The notes under the pieces: model-generated
What the model saw: only the letters and a program-made list of their open reading frames with translations
The model's database searches: none
What the model was told of the DNA's origin: nothing
Made by a program: the position numbers and the translations under genes
Part shown: one piece after another, positions 10,564 to 20,274 of the stretch
Numbering within the stretch: position 1 is the stretch's first letter
Layout: each line of letters opens with the position of its first letter
NCBI GenBank assembly: GCA_003247185.1
Contig: QKAV01000064.1
Coordinates: forward strand, 6,015-70,014
DNA: 64,000 nucleotides
Source: Crocinitomicaceae bacterium
GTDB taxonomy: Bacteria > Bacteroidota > Bacteroidia > Flavobacteriales_D > Crocinitomicaceae
Reading direction: 5' to 3'

Positions 10564-12948
10564 ATGAGATGCAGCATTTTCATTACTATTTTACTGCTAA
10601 TTCCCCAACTGGGATATGGACAATTGACACAGACTGTAAGAGGTCAGGTAATAGACCACTATTCTGAAATGCCAATTCCGGGAGCGAAGGTGTATTTATT
10701 TAGCAAAACGGATACGTTAAGACAGTTAACAGACATTGATGGTTATTTCAGGTTCGAAAACGTAGCTGTTGGCAGGTATAATTTACTTGCATCATACGCA
10801 CAATATGAATCGGCAGTTCTGCAAAATCTGGAAGTGATCTCATCGAAGGAATTGATTCTGGTGGTGAAGATGACGGAGGAAGTAAAGAATCTGGACGAAG
10901 TCAAAGTAACGGCAAAAAAGGATGTGGAGACCGTTAATCAATTGTCTACCGTTAGTGCAAGAACATTCTCGATTGAGGAAAGCAGAAGATATGCAGGAAG
11001 TAATAATGATGTTGCGAGAATGGCACAAAACTTTGCCGGGGTGCAGGGAGCAGATGATTCCAGAAACGATATAATTATCCGGGGAAATTCCCCATCGGGT
11101 GTACTATATAGAATGGATGGGATAGATATTCCTAACCCGAATCATTTTGCTCGTTTTGGAACTACCGGAGGTCCGGTATCAATGCTAAATAACAATGTTC
11201 TGAGTAATTCTGATTTCTTTACCGGAGCGTTTCCTGCAGAGTATGGTAATGCACTTTCCGGAGTATTTGATCTTCGCATGCGTCACGGGAACAATGAAAG
11301 ATATGAGTTTATGGGGCAGGTAGGCTTTAATGGAGCGGAACTTATGGCTGAAGGACCACTTTCAAAGAAGAAAAAATCCTCATTTCTGGTAAATTACCGG
11401 TATTCAACATTGGAGTTTTTTAAATTGCTTGGAATGAACTTTGGGACGGTAGCGCTTCCAAAATATCAGGATGCGACGTTTAAATTGTATTTCCCGTCAG
11501 AGAAAGGTGTGACAAGTATTTTCGGAATGGGAGGGCTGAGTAATATTAATATTCTTTCTTCCGATACAGAGGAAGAGAATAGCATTTGGGGATCTACCGG
11601 AACGGATATTTATTTTAGATCGAATACCGGAGTTACAGGGATATCTCACAAACATCGGATCAATGCAAATTCATTTTTTGAGATTATTGGAGGTATTCAG
11701 GGATCAATTAACAAAGTTCAGAATGATACACTTGATGTGAACGGGGCAAATCCTTTTACAACATTTAACAGCAATTCAAATATTTCCAGGCAAACCACAA
11801 TTTTCAATTATCAGAATAAGATAAATAGCCGCAATCTGATTAAAGCCGGAATTATTAATGATGTTTATATGCTAAACTTCAATGATTCTATCTATGAAAA
11901 TGCCCTGATCGGTTTAATCCCTTTACGCGATTTTAACGGAGCTACAGATTTAGTCAGGGGACATTTTCAACATCGCTTCAGATGGACGGAAAATATTACG
12001 CTGGTCAGTGGTGTGTATGGACAATTACTTTCTTTAAGTAATCAATATTCTATAGAACCGCGAATAGGAATGAATTTCAAATTGCCTGCCAATCAACGCA
12101 TTTCAATCGGGTATGGAATGCATAGTCAAGTTGCGCCTTTGGAAGTATATTTTAGCCAAATCAGATTGTTGGATGGTTCTTTCATTACTCCTAATAAAAA
12201 CCTGAAATTTACGCGAAGTCAGCATCTTGTAGCCAGTTTCCAGAAAGGATTTAAACATGGAATCAATCTAAAGGTTGAGACTTACGGGCAGTATCTGACG
12301 AATGTTCCGGTCGATAGACAGGTCAGTACTTATTCCTTATTAAACTTTGGAGCTTCCTTTGTTACCGGAACACCGGATTCACTTGTGAATGGAGGAGAGG
12401 GATACAATTATGGAGTCGAGATGACGCTTGAGAAGTCATTAAACAATGGAATTTATTTTCTCCTGACCGGATCTTTGTTTGATTCGAAATATAAAGGAAG
12501 TGATGAGGTATGGCGAAATACTGCGTTCAATGGCAATCACACATTGAATGTACTTGGAGGCTATGAGTACAGATTTAAGTCCCGAAGTGAAAATCCCAAA
12601 TACAAATCCGCATTAACATTTGACTTGAAATTTACCTGGAATGGAGGTGGACGTTATACAGAGATCTTGCTGGATCAAAGTATCCAGAGCGGCACACAGG
12701 TTTTGGATGAGGCGAATACATTTGCCCGTTCTTACCCCGATTATATGAAAGGAAATGCACGGATAGGCTTCAAATTGATAGGCAAAAAGGCTACACAGGA
12801 ATGGGCATGTGATTTCCAAAACTTTACAAATCGGGCTAATATTTTCTACCAGGAATATAATGCCTATGCAGGGATGATCCGTACAATTTACCAGAACGGG
12901 TTTCTGGCGATTTTTCAGTACAGGATCACTTTTGGTGTAGTCAAGTAG
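10564..12948 (+). CDS. TonB-dependent outer-membrane receptor (CarboxypepD_reg-like N-domain + plug + barrel)
   Basis: Signal peptide. GQVIDHYSEMPIPGAKVYL is carboxypeptidase-regulatory-like. Plug motifs are DVARMAQNFAGV and IIIRGNSPSGVLYRMDG. The long beta-rich C-terminus ends in an aromatic-rich strand. Confidence 0.8.
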   Translation: MRCSIFITILLLIPQLGYGQLTQTVRGQVIDHYSEMPIPGAKVYLFSKTDTLRQLTDIDGYFRFENVAVGRYNLLASYAQYESAVLQNLEVISSKELILVVKMTEEVKNLDEVKVTAKKDVETVNQLSTVSARTFSIEESRRYAGSNNDVARMAQNFAGVQGADDSRNDIIIRGNSPSGVLYRMDGIDIPNPNHFARFGTTGGPVSMLNNNVLSNSDFFTGAFPAEYGNALSGVFDLRMRHGNNERYEFMGQVGFNGAELMAEGPLSKKKKSSFLVNYRYSTLEFFKLLGMNFGTVALPKYQDATFKLYFPSEKGVTSIFGMGGLSNINILSSDTEEENSIWGSTGTDIYFRSNTGVTGISHKHRINANSFFEIIGGIQGSINKVQNDTLDVNGANPFTTFNSNSNISRQTTIFNYQNKINSRNLIKAGIINDVYMLNFNDSIYENALIGLIPLRDFNGATDLVRGHFQHRFRWTENITLVSGVYGQLLSLSNQYSIEPRIGMNFKLPANQRISIGYGMHSQVAPLEVYFSQIRLLDGSFITPNKNLKFTRSQHLVASFQKGFKHGINLKVETYGQYLTNVPVDRQVSTYSLLNFGASFVTGTPDSLVNGGEGYNYGVEMTLEKSLNNGIYFLLTGSLFDSKYKGSDEVWRNTAFNGNHTLNVLGGYEYRFKSRSENPKYKSALTFDLKFTWNGGGRYTEILLDQSIQSGTQVLDEANTFARSYPDYMKGNARIGFKLIGKKATQEWACDFQNFTNRANIFYQEYNAYAGMIRTIYQNGFLAIFQYRITFGVVK

Positions 12949-13006
12949 CGAGACATTTGAAGTTGTCTCTTCCGGAATACAGGTGAGATTTTACTTTATA
13001 TCCCTA

Positions 13007-13990
13007 TTATTTAAACGCGTAAGATAATCCTAAACTAAATCTGCTCATGTTTACATAAAAATCATCGGTCGTCCAATCTACAGGCGTGTATTCTACGGGG
13101 ACCGGTCCATCCGGAGTAACCAGATACCCGCCTTTCATTTTAAGGGTATTGTCATAGCTGGCTGTAATTTTACCAGTAGATTTCAAATAGAGTTTATAGT
13201 CGAAGCTAAACTTTAAATGTCCCCCATTCTTCAATTTGTATAAGTAAGACATACCTAAAGTAGGTTGCACCATTGGAGCAATGCGATCTAAATCATACGA
13301 AAACTGGTAATCACTGAAATAAGTCTCATTGTTGAGTTCTACTTCTTCTGAAGTACTCGTATACCCTTCTTTGTTAAAAAGCCCGGCGATTACACGAAGA
13401 TTTGCCCCAAAATACGGATTGATTTCTCCTGATTTTAAAGCTATTCTATAACAGTAATAAACGGGAAAATCGATTGAAACAATGTTGCTTCTATATCCAT
13501 TTCCCATGTTCATTGTTATTGAACCGCCATTAGACATACCATCATAATCTGAATACGAGTAAACTACTGAATTGGAAAACGATGTCCAGCTAAGTGTTGA
13601 ACCCAGTATAATTCCATGATTTTTACGCAGATACCTTACATGTTCCCAGGATATTCCAGCTCCAAAATTCATTTTTCCACCAGAGACAACAGCATTGCTA
13701 ACTTGTTTATCCCGATCCAATAATAAACCACCACCGAAATTCATTGAAATTCCGAAAAAATTGAAAGTTTGACTAGCTAAGGTCTCATTATCGGGTGCCG
13801 TGATGGCAATTGCAGATGAATTAGACGTGCTCACAAAGGTGCCGGATATATCGCTCGAAAGTCCAAATCCTCTTCTAGATTTCAATGAAAGTCCGTAGGA
13901 ATCACTCTGTTTTGACAAACTACTGCTCTCAATTTGCCCGAAAAGCCAACCTAGCTGTAAGCAGCAGATCAATAAAGAAATCTTTTTCAT
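13007..13990 (-). CDS. Hypothetical outer-membrane beta-barrel-like protein
   Basis: Start moved to MKKISLLICCLQL (signal peptide). Alternating beta-strand pattern with C-terminal ...LGLSYAFK. Confidence 0.5.
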   Translation of the reverse strand: MKKISLLICCLQLGWLFGQIESSSLSKQSDSYGLSLKSRRGFGLSSDISGTFVSTSNSSAIAITAPDNETLASQTFNFFGISMNFGGGLLLDRDKQVSNAVVSGGKMNFGAGISWEHVRYLRKNHGIILGSTLSWTSFSNSVVYSYSDYDGMSNGGSITMNMGNGYRSNIVSIDFPVYYCYRIALKSGEINPYFGANLRVIAGLFNKEGYTSTSEEVELNNETYFSDYQFSYDLDRIAPMVQPTLGMSYLYKLKNGGHLKFSFDYKLYLKSTGKITASYDNTLKMKGGYLVTPDGPVPVEYTPVDWTTDDFYVNMSRFSLGLSYAFK

Positions 13991-14681
13991 AAAAGCGCTG
14001 TTATTCTGAGGCGAACTTAACATTTCTGATCGGCATAAAATCACTGTTGTTCAGGCAAATTATCCTAATGTTCCTCTCCTTGATTTAAAGGTGTTCCTCC
14101 AGATACAACAGGATTTCAATTCACAGCATATTCAAGGGTATTTCATCTACAAACATGGGCATCAATCATTTCTTCGATTTCACACGGGTAAGGAACCCAA
14201 CAACGTAATGAGAAATCATATACGAAGATCCGAATTGATGCCCAAAATTGTTTGTTTACCTAACTCAACTACTAACTACCAATAAACACATTACGTTGTC
14301 AATTCTATATTGTGGTACTATTCTTTTAAATTCCGGGTCACCTTCTATGCTGAAAAAATCAAGACTGCGATAACTTCAGTATTATTGGATGCGTGAATAG
14401 TGCTATGATCAGTGTCCTTTTTATTCTTCCGACATGCCGGAATATGAATGCAAGGAGAGACACATCACCATAATAAGTCGCTTAAATTGTTATTTAATTA
14501 AAAACCAATACTTAAGTTTCTACACCGAAGTAACCGCAGTAGCTTGATCTTGAATCGTTATAAAAAAATGTCAATCACTTGTTAGTAAAAGTACCTACCT
14601 TCTTTGGTATTGAAGGGTAGTGCAGGACAAACAGGAACGATTAAGTACGAACAGGATTTTATATGAAAAAAAATTCCTCGA

Positions 14682-15560
14682 TTAGTCTTTGATCTGTTCC
14701 TGACGCAAGTCTTGACGGAGAATATCAACTTTTGATCTGGAGACGGGAATGTGTAAATTGTATGGCAGAAGTAAGATTGCCATCCTTACATTTCCCTTTA
14801 ACAGAAGGATTTGATTTTTATTGACAATAAAGGACCTGTGACATCTGATAAATGGAGATTGTTCATAATTAAGATCCGGTTCAACTTCTTTAAGCGATTT
14901 CCGGATCGAACTTTTTTTCAACTCATTATTGTCTTCAAAATACACAGTAAGGTTATTGCGATCAGACTCAATAAACAAAATGGATTCTGCACGAATAGAG
15001 AGTGTTTCTCCACTTATGTTATTTGATGAGAGCATTATTTTTTTGTCCTTGCTAGAAGATGGAGGAAATTTTGATTGCTCTCGTGTTGCGACTAGATAAT
15101 TATAGATTTTGATAAAACCATAAACAGGGGTACCAACTATAAATGCTCGCCACAGACTGTAAAGCAGACTACCTTCTCCAACGTGAATTACCTTATTTCC
15201 TGATTGAAGAGTCGGAACAACGAAACTTAAAAGTTGGACATATATATAGAGAACAATTCCTCCAAGAATAATTCCCAAAATGGTTATCCACAGCTCCTCA
15301 ATATAAGCGAAGACAAACGGATCAGGTGCCTTTCTAAGTTTGAAATACAAATAGAGATAGAGATGAACCCAGACCGAAATGGAACCTATATAAATACTTA
15401 ATACAATTTTTCCGGAGAAAGAAAAAAGCCCCATTTCAAATGGTTGAAGAAAAAACAATAGCGCTGAGAGAAATAGCCACGTGATAAAAAGTGAATTTTT
15501 AAAGTTGTTTTTTACTAACGTGAGTTTTCTTTCTTTATAGAAAAATTTAAAGTTTTCCAT
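14682..15560 (-). CDS. Membrane-fused LytTR-domain DNA-binding protein (no receiver domain)
   Basis: Multi-TM N-terminal half. C-terminal LytTR motifs are ILFIESDRNNLTVYF...RCHRSFIVNKNQI...IPVSRSK. Confidence 0.75.
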   Translation of the reverse strand: MENFKFFYKERKLTLVKNNFKNSLFITWLFLSALLFFLQPFEMGLFSFSGKIVLSIYIGSISVWVHLYLYLYFKLRKAPDPFVFAYIEELWITILGIILGGIVLYIYVQLLSFVVPTLQSGNKVIHVGEGSLLYSLWRAFIVGTPVYGFIKIYNYLVATREQSKFPPSSSKDKKIMLSSNNISGETLSIRAESILFIESDRNNLTVYFEDNNELKKSSIRKSLKEVEPDLNYEQSPFIRCHRSFIVNKNQILLLKGNVRMAILLLPYNLHIPVSRSKVDILRQDLRQEQIKD

Positions 15561-15806
15561 GGCTTATTACGGAAGAGAAAATGGTTAGGAAGAAGAAATG
15601 TTTAAAACATAGTGGGTCTGGATTTCGGGTCTCAAAAGAATTTATTGAGAAGTAAAGATAGAGCATTTTATTGAAGATTTTTTTCTGTACACTGATTCCA
15701 AATTTCTATCAAAACTAGAGAGAAATTGAAGGTATTTGAAACAAAATCATGTATAATTTAGGGTGTCAAAATAATCTGCTGAATTTCAATTTTTTGCCGG
15801 AACAGT

Positions 15807-16208
15807 CTATACAAAAAAATGCTCGTTTCCGGTAATACCGTTCTCATTCACTTTGATGATTGTGTCAATAAGTAACTTCAGGTCCTGTGATTTACTCACA
15901 AATGAACTTGCTCCGAGTTTTTTAACTAATTCAATATGATGTCTGTCGTAGTTTAAACTAAACATGATGACTTTGATATCCGGGAAATTGTTGCGAATAA
16001 AATTCAAGGTATCGAACCCATCCAGTACAGGCATATTAATGTCCAAAATGACGATATCCGGAAATGTAGTGTCCAGGTTATTTATTAATTCCAGTCCATT
16101 ACTTGCAGCACACACAATATTAAGACGACTATTAGACTGGATATACTTTACGATCAAAGATCTCATTGTTTCGTTGTCTTCAGCTATGCCAATTTTGATC
16201 TGTCTCAT
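15807..16208 (-). CDS. Receiver-only response regulator (NarL/FixJ-like REC, output domain missing)
   Basis: IKIGIAEDN...DIVILDINMPVLDG...KVIMFS...FVSK receiver motifs. The ORF stops right after the REC domain. See the finding on a decayed HTH downstream. Confidence 0.75.
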   Translation of the reverse strand: MRQIKIGIAEDNETMRSLIVKYIQSNSRLNIVCAASNGLELINNLDTTFPDIVILDINMPVLDGFDTLNFIRNNFPDIKVIMFSLNYDRHHIELVKKLGASSFVSKSQDLKLLIDTIIKVNENGITGNEHFFV

Positions 16209-16319
16209 TATTTTCTTTTTTAGTGAAAGAACTTTAGGAAATCTAAATGAAGTCCGGAGGAAAAATTTGCATCTACTACACTACAAGATTCTCCTCCGGA
16301 TTCTTCACCAGGAAAGTGG

Positions 16320-18569
16320 TTATTTGTAATCCATTTTTACAATTATGAATTCTGTTCTCCGGTTGAGTTGGTGCAGTTTTTCTTTCTCTTCTTCAGAACC
16401 AGCTTTTTTAATTTCTGCATCAGAGATTTTCAATTTACTTTCACCATAACCTTTTCCGGTAATCCTGCTCTTATCAATACCTTTGGAAATAATGTACTGT
16501 GCAGAGGATTTCGCCCGCTTGTCAGATAATGATTTATTGTAAGAGGCACTACCTCTGCTATCGGTATGAGATCCTAATTCAACGACCATTCCAGGGTTTT
16601 CTTTCATGATTTTAACGACCTTATCCAATTCAATCGCTGCGTCAGGACGAATATCAAAGCTGTTCAAATCAAAGTAAATAGGGTTTATTTCCACTACATC
16701 ATTAAGGTCAGTAGAGCCTTCTTCTATTTTTATGAGTTCAATAGGAGTCCCGGTATTGTTGATATTTATGTTATCCCTGACAGAGAGGACATAATTCAAT
16801 TCGCGTGTAACAATTACATAACCTTCTTTATTGTATCTGACACTGTAATTTAAAGAATCGCCATAGTGAAGAGACTTCAATACTTCAGATTTCATTTCTC
16901 CTTTATTATCACTCGTTAATTCAAGAACCTGTTTACCGGTACGTTTGTCAATCAGGGTAGTTTTAACACCTTCCAATGGAGATGTTGTTCCTTTTTCTAC
17001 AATTGTCCCGTAGAGATAGTAATCAATATGCGGAGTGAGTGCTATGTCCTGATTGAATTCGTCAGCATCATTTGGAATATGGATATCTGTTTCGGATTCT
17101 TCGTAGTTATTTCCAGCTGCCGAAATAATGATATCATCAATTCCTTCAGGAACCAAAACTTCGTACTGTCCTGTTTGATCTGATCTTACTTCATCAATTA
17201 CATTTCCCTGGTTATCCATGATAATCAGTTTCACGCTGTCGAGATTATCTCCGGATGCAATATCCGTTACGTTCCCATAAACCTGAATTCCACTTCTGAT
17301 AGGAACGTCTTGTGTGAAATAATAGAAATCATCGCTTCCCGCTCCTCCTTCACGATTAGAGGTAAGGAATCCGTGTTTTTGTGCGATATCGCTTATGAAA
17401 CCAAAATCATCCATTTGACTATTGACAGGCGCACCCAAATTTTCAACTTTTTTTGGATGCAGATTCTGGTTCATTTTTGCAACAAAGATGTCCAGCCCAC
17501 CAAGTCCCGGGTGCCCGTTGGATGCAAAGAACAGAATGTTTTCTCCGGGGTGCATATACGGGAAGAACTCATCCAATGAGGTATTCACTTTATTCCCCAG
17601 ATTTTCCATTTCACCGGTAGAACCATCTTCCCTGATTTCTACTCTGTAGAGATCGGAATGCCCGAATCCACCAGGTTTGTCGGATGCAAAAAACAGGTAT
17701 TTACCATCTGCAGATAAGGATGGGTGTGCACAGGAATAATTTTCTCCGTTGAAAGGTAAAATACGCATGTCTTTCAAACGACGTCCATCCAGACGAGCTC
17801 TGTATATATTCAGATAGGAGAGGGACTCTTTTGTTGATTCTTCCGACGTGTTTTTGGTATTTGCGGCAAAATAGAGGTAGTTATTAATACTATCGTAGCA
17901 CACAGGCCCCGTGTTATGTTTAAAGATGGATTTCTTCCCTTTTATTTTTTTGAGGTCTGAAATATTCCCTGCTTCATCCATATCACCGACGTAGAGTCTG
18001 TAGAAGTAATCATTGGAACCTGCATCCAATCTCATTACAGGCATTTTACTTCTTTTGTTCCGGGATACGAATACTCTCTCTTCTGTGTAGAAATTTACCG
18101 TCATTTCAGAAGAAGGTGTATTTATAGTAGGGTCATACAGGTCAAAATTGCCATTATCCTTTTGTAATTTGCTCAGATTTTCGGTCTCACTCAATAGTTG
18201 GCGTGTAACATCTGTAGAACCATATCTTTGCTCATATTTTTGCAATAATTCAATAGAGCCCTTATAGTCACCTGATTGTCGGTGAATCAGGGCAGATCGT
18301 AATAATTGCTCTTTATGCAGGTGATCATTTTTTTCCGAAATATGATACCACTCCAGTGCTTTTTCAAGGTTTCCGGATTTGTCGTAACATTCTGCCAGAC
18401 GATTGTCAACTTTTGATGAATCAATGCCTCTTTCGAGCACATCTTCATAACCTTCGGCAGCATCGTGCCAGGCCATATCACCATATTTTTTATCTGCATA
18501 TTTTAAACGGTTTCCCTGGGCTATTCCAAGGTACGGAACTAAGGCAACCAGGATTACTAATTTTTTCAT
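16320..18569 (-). CDS. TPR + PD40 (TolB-like) + CarboxypepD_reg-like + C-terminal OmpA peptidoglycan-binding protein
   Basis: Signal peptide and TPR-like N-terminus. PD40-type repeats are present (SADGKYLFFASDKPGGFGHSDLY; ENILFFASNGHPGLGGLDIF). The OmpA_C motif is IYFDLNSFDIRPDA...ELGSHTDSRGSASYNKSLSDKRA. Confidence 0.85.
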   Translation of the reverse strand: MKKLVILVALVPYLGIAQGNRLKYADKKYGDMAWHDAAEGYEDVLERGIDSSKVDNRLAECYDKSGNLEKALEWYHISEKNDHLHKEQLLRSALIHRQSGDYKGSIELLQKYEQRYGSTDVTRQLLSETENLSKLQKDNGNFDLYDPTINTPSSEMTVNFYTEERVFVSRNKRSKMPVMRLDAGSNDYFYRLYVGDMDEAGNISDLKKIKGKKSIFKHNTGPVCYDSINNYLYFAANTKNTSEESTKESLSYLNIYRARLDGRRLKDMRILPFNGENYSCAHPSLSADGKYLFFASDKPGGFGHSDLYRVEIREDGSTGEMENLGNKVNTSLDEFFPYMHPGENILFFASNGHPGLGGLDIFVAKMNQNLHPKKVENLGAPVNSQMDDFGFISDIAQKHGFLTSNREGGAGSDDFYYFTQDVPIRSGIQVYGNVTDIASGDNLDSVKLIIMDNQGNVIDEVRSDQTGQYEVLVPEGIDDIIISAAGNNYEESETDIHIPNDADEFNQDIALTPHIDYYLYGTIVEKGTTSPLEGVKTTLIDKRTGKQVLELTSDNKGEMKSEVLKSLHYGDSLNYSVRYNKEGYVIVTRELNYVLSVRDNININNTGTPIELIKIEEGSTDLNDVVEINPIYFDLNSFDIRPDAAIELDKVVKIMKENPGMVVELGSHTDSRGSASYNKSLSDKRAKSSAQYIISKGIDKSRITGKGYGESKLKISDAEIKKAGSEEEKEKLHQLNRRTEFIIVKMDYK

Positions 18570-18610
18570 AAGTGGTCAATTTTATTACTCATTAAACGCG
18601 CTGTATTTCC

Positions 18611-19531
18611 TTAGAAGAATCGTGGAGAAATGAATTTTTTGTCTTTTCTCAACAGATCAAAACTGAGTAAAATCTCATGCGTTCCGAAATTGTATCGTAC
18701 TAATTTTGTGGTAGAAATGTCAAAGGCATATCCTAATTTGAATTGATCGGAAATTTGCCATTGAAACAGGCCTCCGGCGCTTTCCAGTACCCTGTAGTTC
18801 GCTCCGAACCAAAATTTGTCGTAAACGATTAATGCCAGGGAAGCGTCTAGCGCAAAAGGAGCATCCATAGTGAATTTCATCATTGTACTTGGTCGCAGCT
18901 TCAGCATTCTGTTAATACTGAAATATCCACCCAAAGAGAAATAGTAGTGTCTGCGATCATTGTAGAAAATTTGAGTAGGAGAGTAACTGGACTCTGTAAC
19001 CCGGGGAACGGAGACTCCACAATACCAATATTTGGAGTGATAATAGATTCCGGCGCCGATATTCGGGAGTATTTTATTTTGAATGTCCTGCCCGAACATC
19101 GGATCATTTTGATCAACGGTATACAGTGTACTAAGTTTCGCATTCAGAAGATTGATCCCCCCGGTTACCCCAAATGCTAATCTTCCTTTGTGCTTTTTAA
19201 ATCTAAGGCTGTATGCGAAATCAGCATTTATCCATGTTTGGTTTAAGGGGCCAACTCTATCATTTAAGACACTGAGTCCAACTCCGATAGATTCATATTT
19301 AAGCGGGGAGTGAATCGCAAGAGATTGGGACATCGGAGCCCCATCTATCCCAACCCATTGCTGGCGATGAATCAAGGCAATGTTGAGCATTTCCCTGCTA
19401 CCGGCATAGGCGGGGTTATAGTACAGCATATTATCATTATACTGAGTGAATTGTGCCTCTTGTTGTGAGAGTCCGTGCACACTACAAGAAAGTCCGATTA
19501 TAAGCGCGACTAGATGTTTTTTCGTTTTCAT
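18611..19531 (-). CDS. PorP/SprF-family type IX secretion membrane protein
   Basis: Hallmark N-terminus QQEAQFTQYNDNMLYYNPAYAG, about 300-aa beta-barrel-like protein, C-terminal ...ISPRFF. Confidence 0.85.
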   Translation of the reverse strand: MKTKKHLVALIIGLSCSVHGLSQQEAQFTQYNDNMLYYNPAYAGSREMLNIALIHRQQWVGIDGAPMSQSLAIHSPLKYESIGVGLSVLNDRVGPLNQTWINADFAYSLRFKKHKGRLAFGVTGGINLLNAKLSTLYTVDQNDPMFGQDIQNKILPNIGAGIYYHSKYWYCGVSVPRVTESSYSPTQIFYNDRRHYYFSLGGYFSINRMLKLRPSTMMKFTMDAPFALDASLALIVYDKFWFGANYRVLESAGGLFQWQISDQFKLGYAFDISTTKLVRYNFGTHEILLSFDLLRKDKKFISPRFF

Positions 19532-19550
19532 GATATGTTCTTTTAAACAG

Positions 19551-20261
19551 TTAAACTGATTGTGAATATTGATCGTCTTCTAAATGTTTATTGATAAGGT
19601 ATCTGTAACAAATTCCGGCAATTACGCTTCCGGCGATCGGAGCAATAATGAATAACCATAATTGATCAAGTGCCCAATCACCGACGAAAACAGCCTGACT
19701 GAAACTTCTGGCAGGATTAACGGAAGTGTTTGTTACCGGAATGCTTATTAAATGAATAAGTGTTAGTGCGAGACCTATTACTATTCCTGATACTTTTTTA
19801 AGTGCTTCACTTTTCGTAACGATCAGTATGATCAGCACGAACATGAATGTCATTAAGAATTCAGTTAAAAAAGCCGGGTACATAGAAAAATTACCTGGAG
19901 AGTATTCGCCGTATCCATTGGCGGCAAAGTTTCCTATCGAGCCATCTTTTTCTGAAACAAGTATATAAAGTATGGCGGCACCGGTAAGGGCTCCATTCAG
20001 TTGACCTGCTATGTAAAGGAGAAGTGTATGCGGTTTAACTTTTCCTGTTATCCATGCACCGATTGTAACGGCCGGATTGAAATGGCCACCTGAAATAGTA
20101 CCAAATGTGTATGCCATTGTAATTAAAGACAGACCGAAAGCGAGTGAGACGCCAAGTATGCCGATACCTGTTTCCGGAAATGTTGCAGACAGTACTGCAC
20201 TTCCGCATCCTCCCAGTATAAGCCAGAAGGTTCCGATAAACTCTGCTATAAAGATTTTCAT
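19551..20261 (-). CDS. aqpZ: Aquaporin Z
   Basis: MIP family with two NPA boxes (HFNPAVT, VNPARS). The N-terminus FIAEFIGTFWLILGGCGSAV is typical of AqpZ. Confidence 0.9.
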   Translation of the reverse strand: MKIFIAEFIGTFWLILGGCGSAVLSATFPETGIGILGVSLAFGLSLITMAYTFGTISGGHFNPAVTIGAWITGKVKPHTLLLYIAGQLNGALTGAAILYILVSEKDGSIGNFAANGYGEYSPGNFSMYPAFLTEFLMTFMFVLIILIVTKSEALKKVSGIVIGLALTLIHLISIPVTNTSVNPARSFSQAVFVGDWALDQLWLFIIAPIAGSVIAGICYRYLINKHLEDDQYSQSV

Positions 20262-20274
20262 AGTTTGGAAATTT

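Noticed and set aside
14091-14285. Short ORFs in long AT-rich intergenic regions: 14091..14285, 36644..36829, 39412..39603, 39903..40154 and 38860..39045.
   Set aside because: They have no signal peptide, motif, plausible start context or terminator, and their composition is typical of non-coding DNA. 39903..40154 overlaps the better-supported lipoprotein gene on the other strand.
19551-20261. Aquaporin Z as a functional component of the T9SS/adhesin block.
   Set aside because: AqpZ is a self-sufficient housekeeping channel. Its position between the CTD-B gene and PorP/SprF is more simply explained by gene-order accident. It would only be worth revisiting if the linkage is conserved in other genomes.
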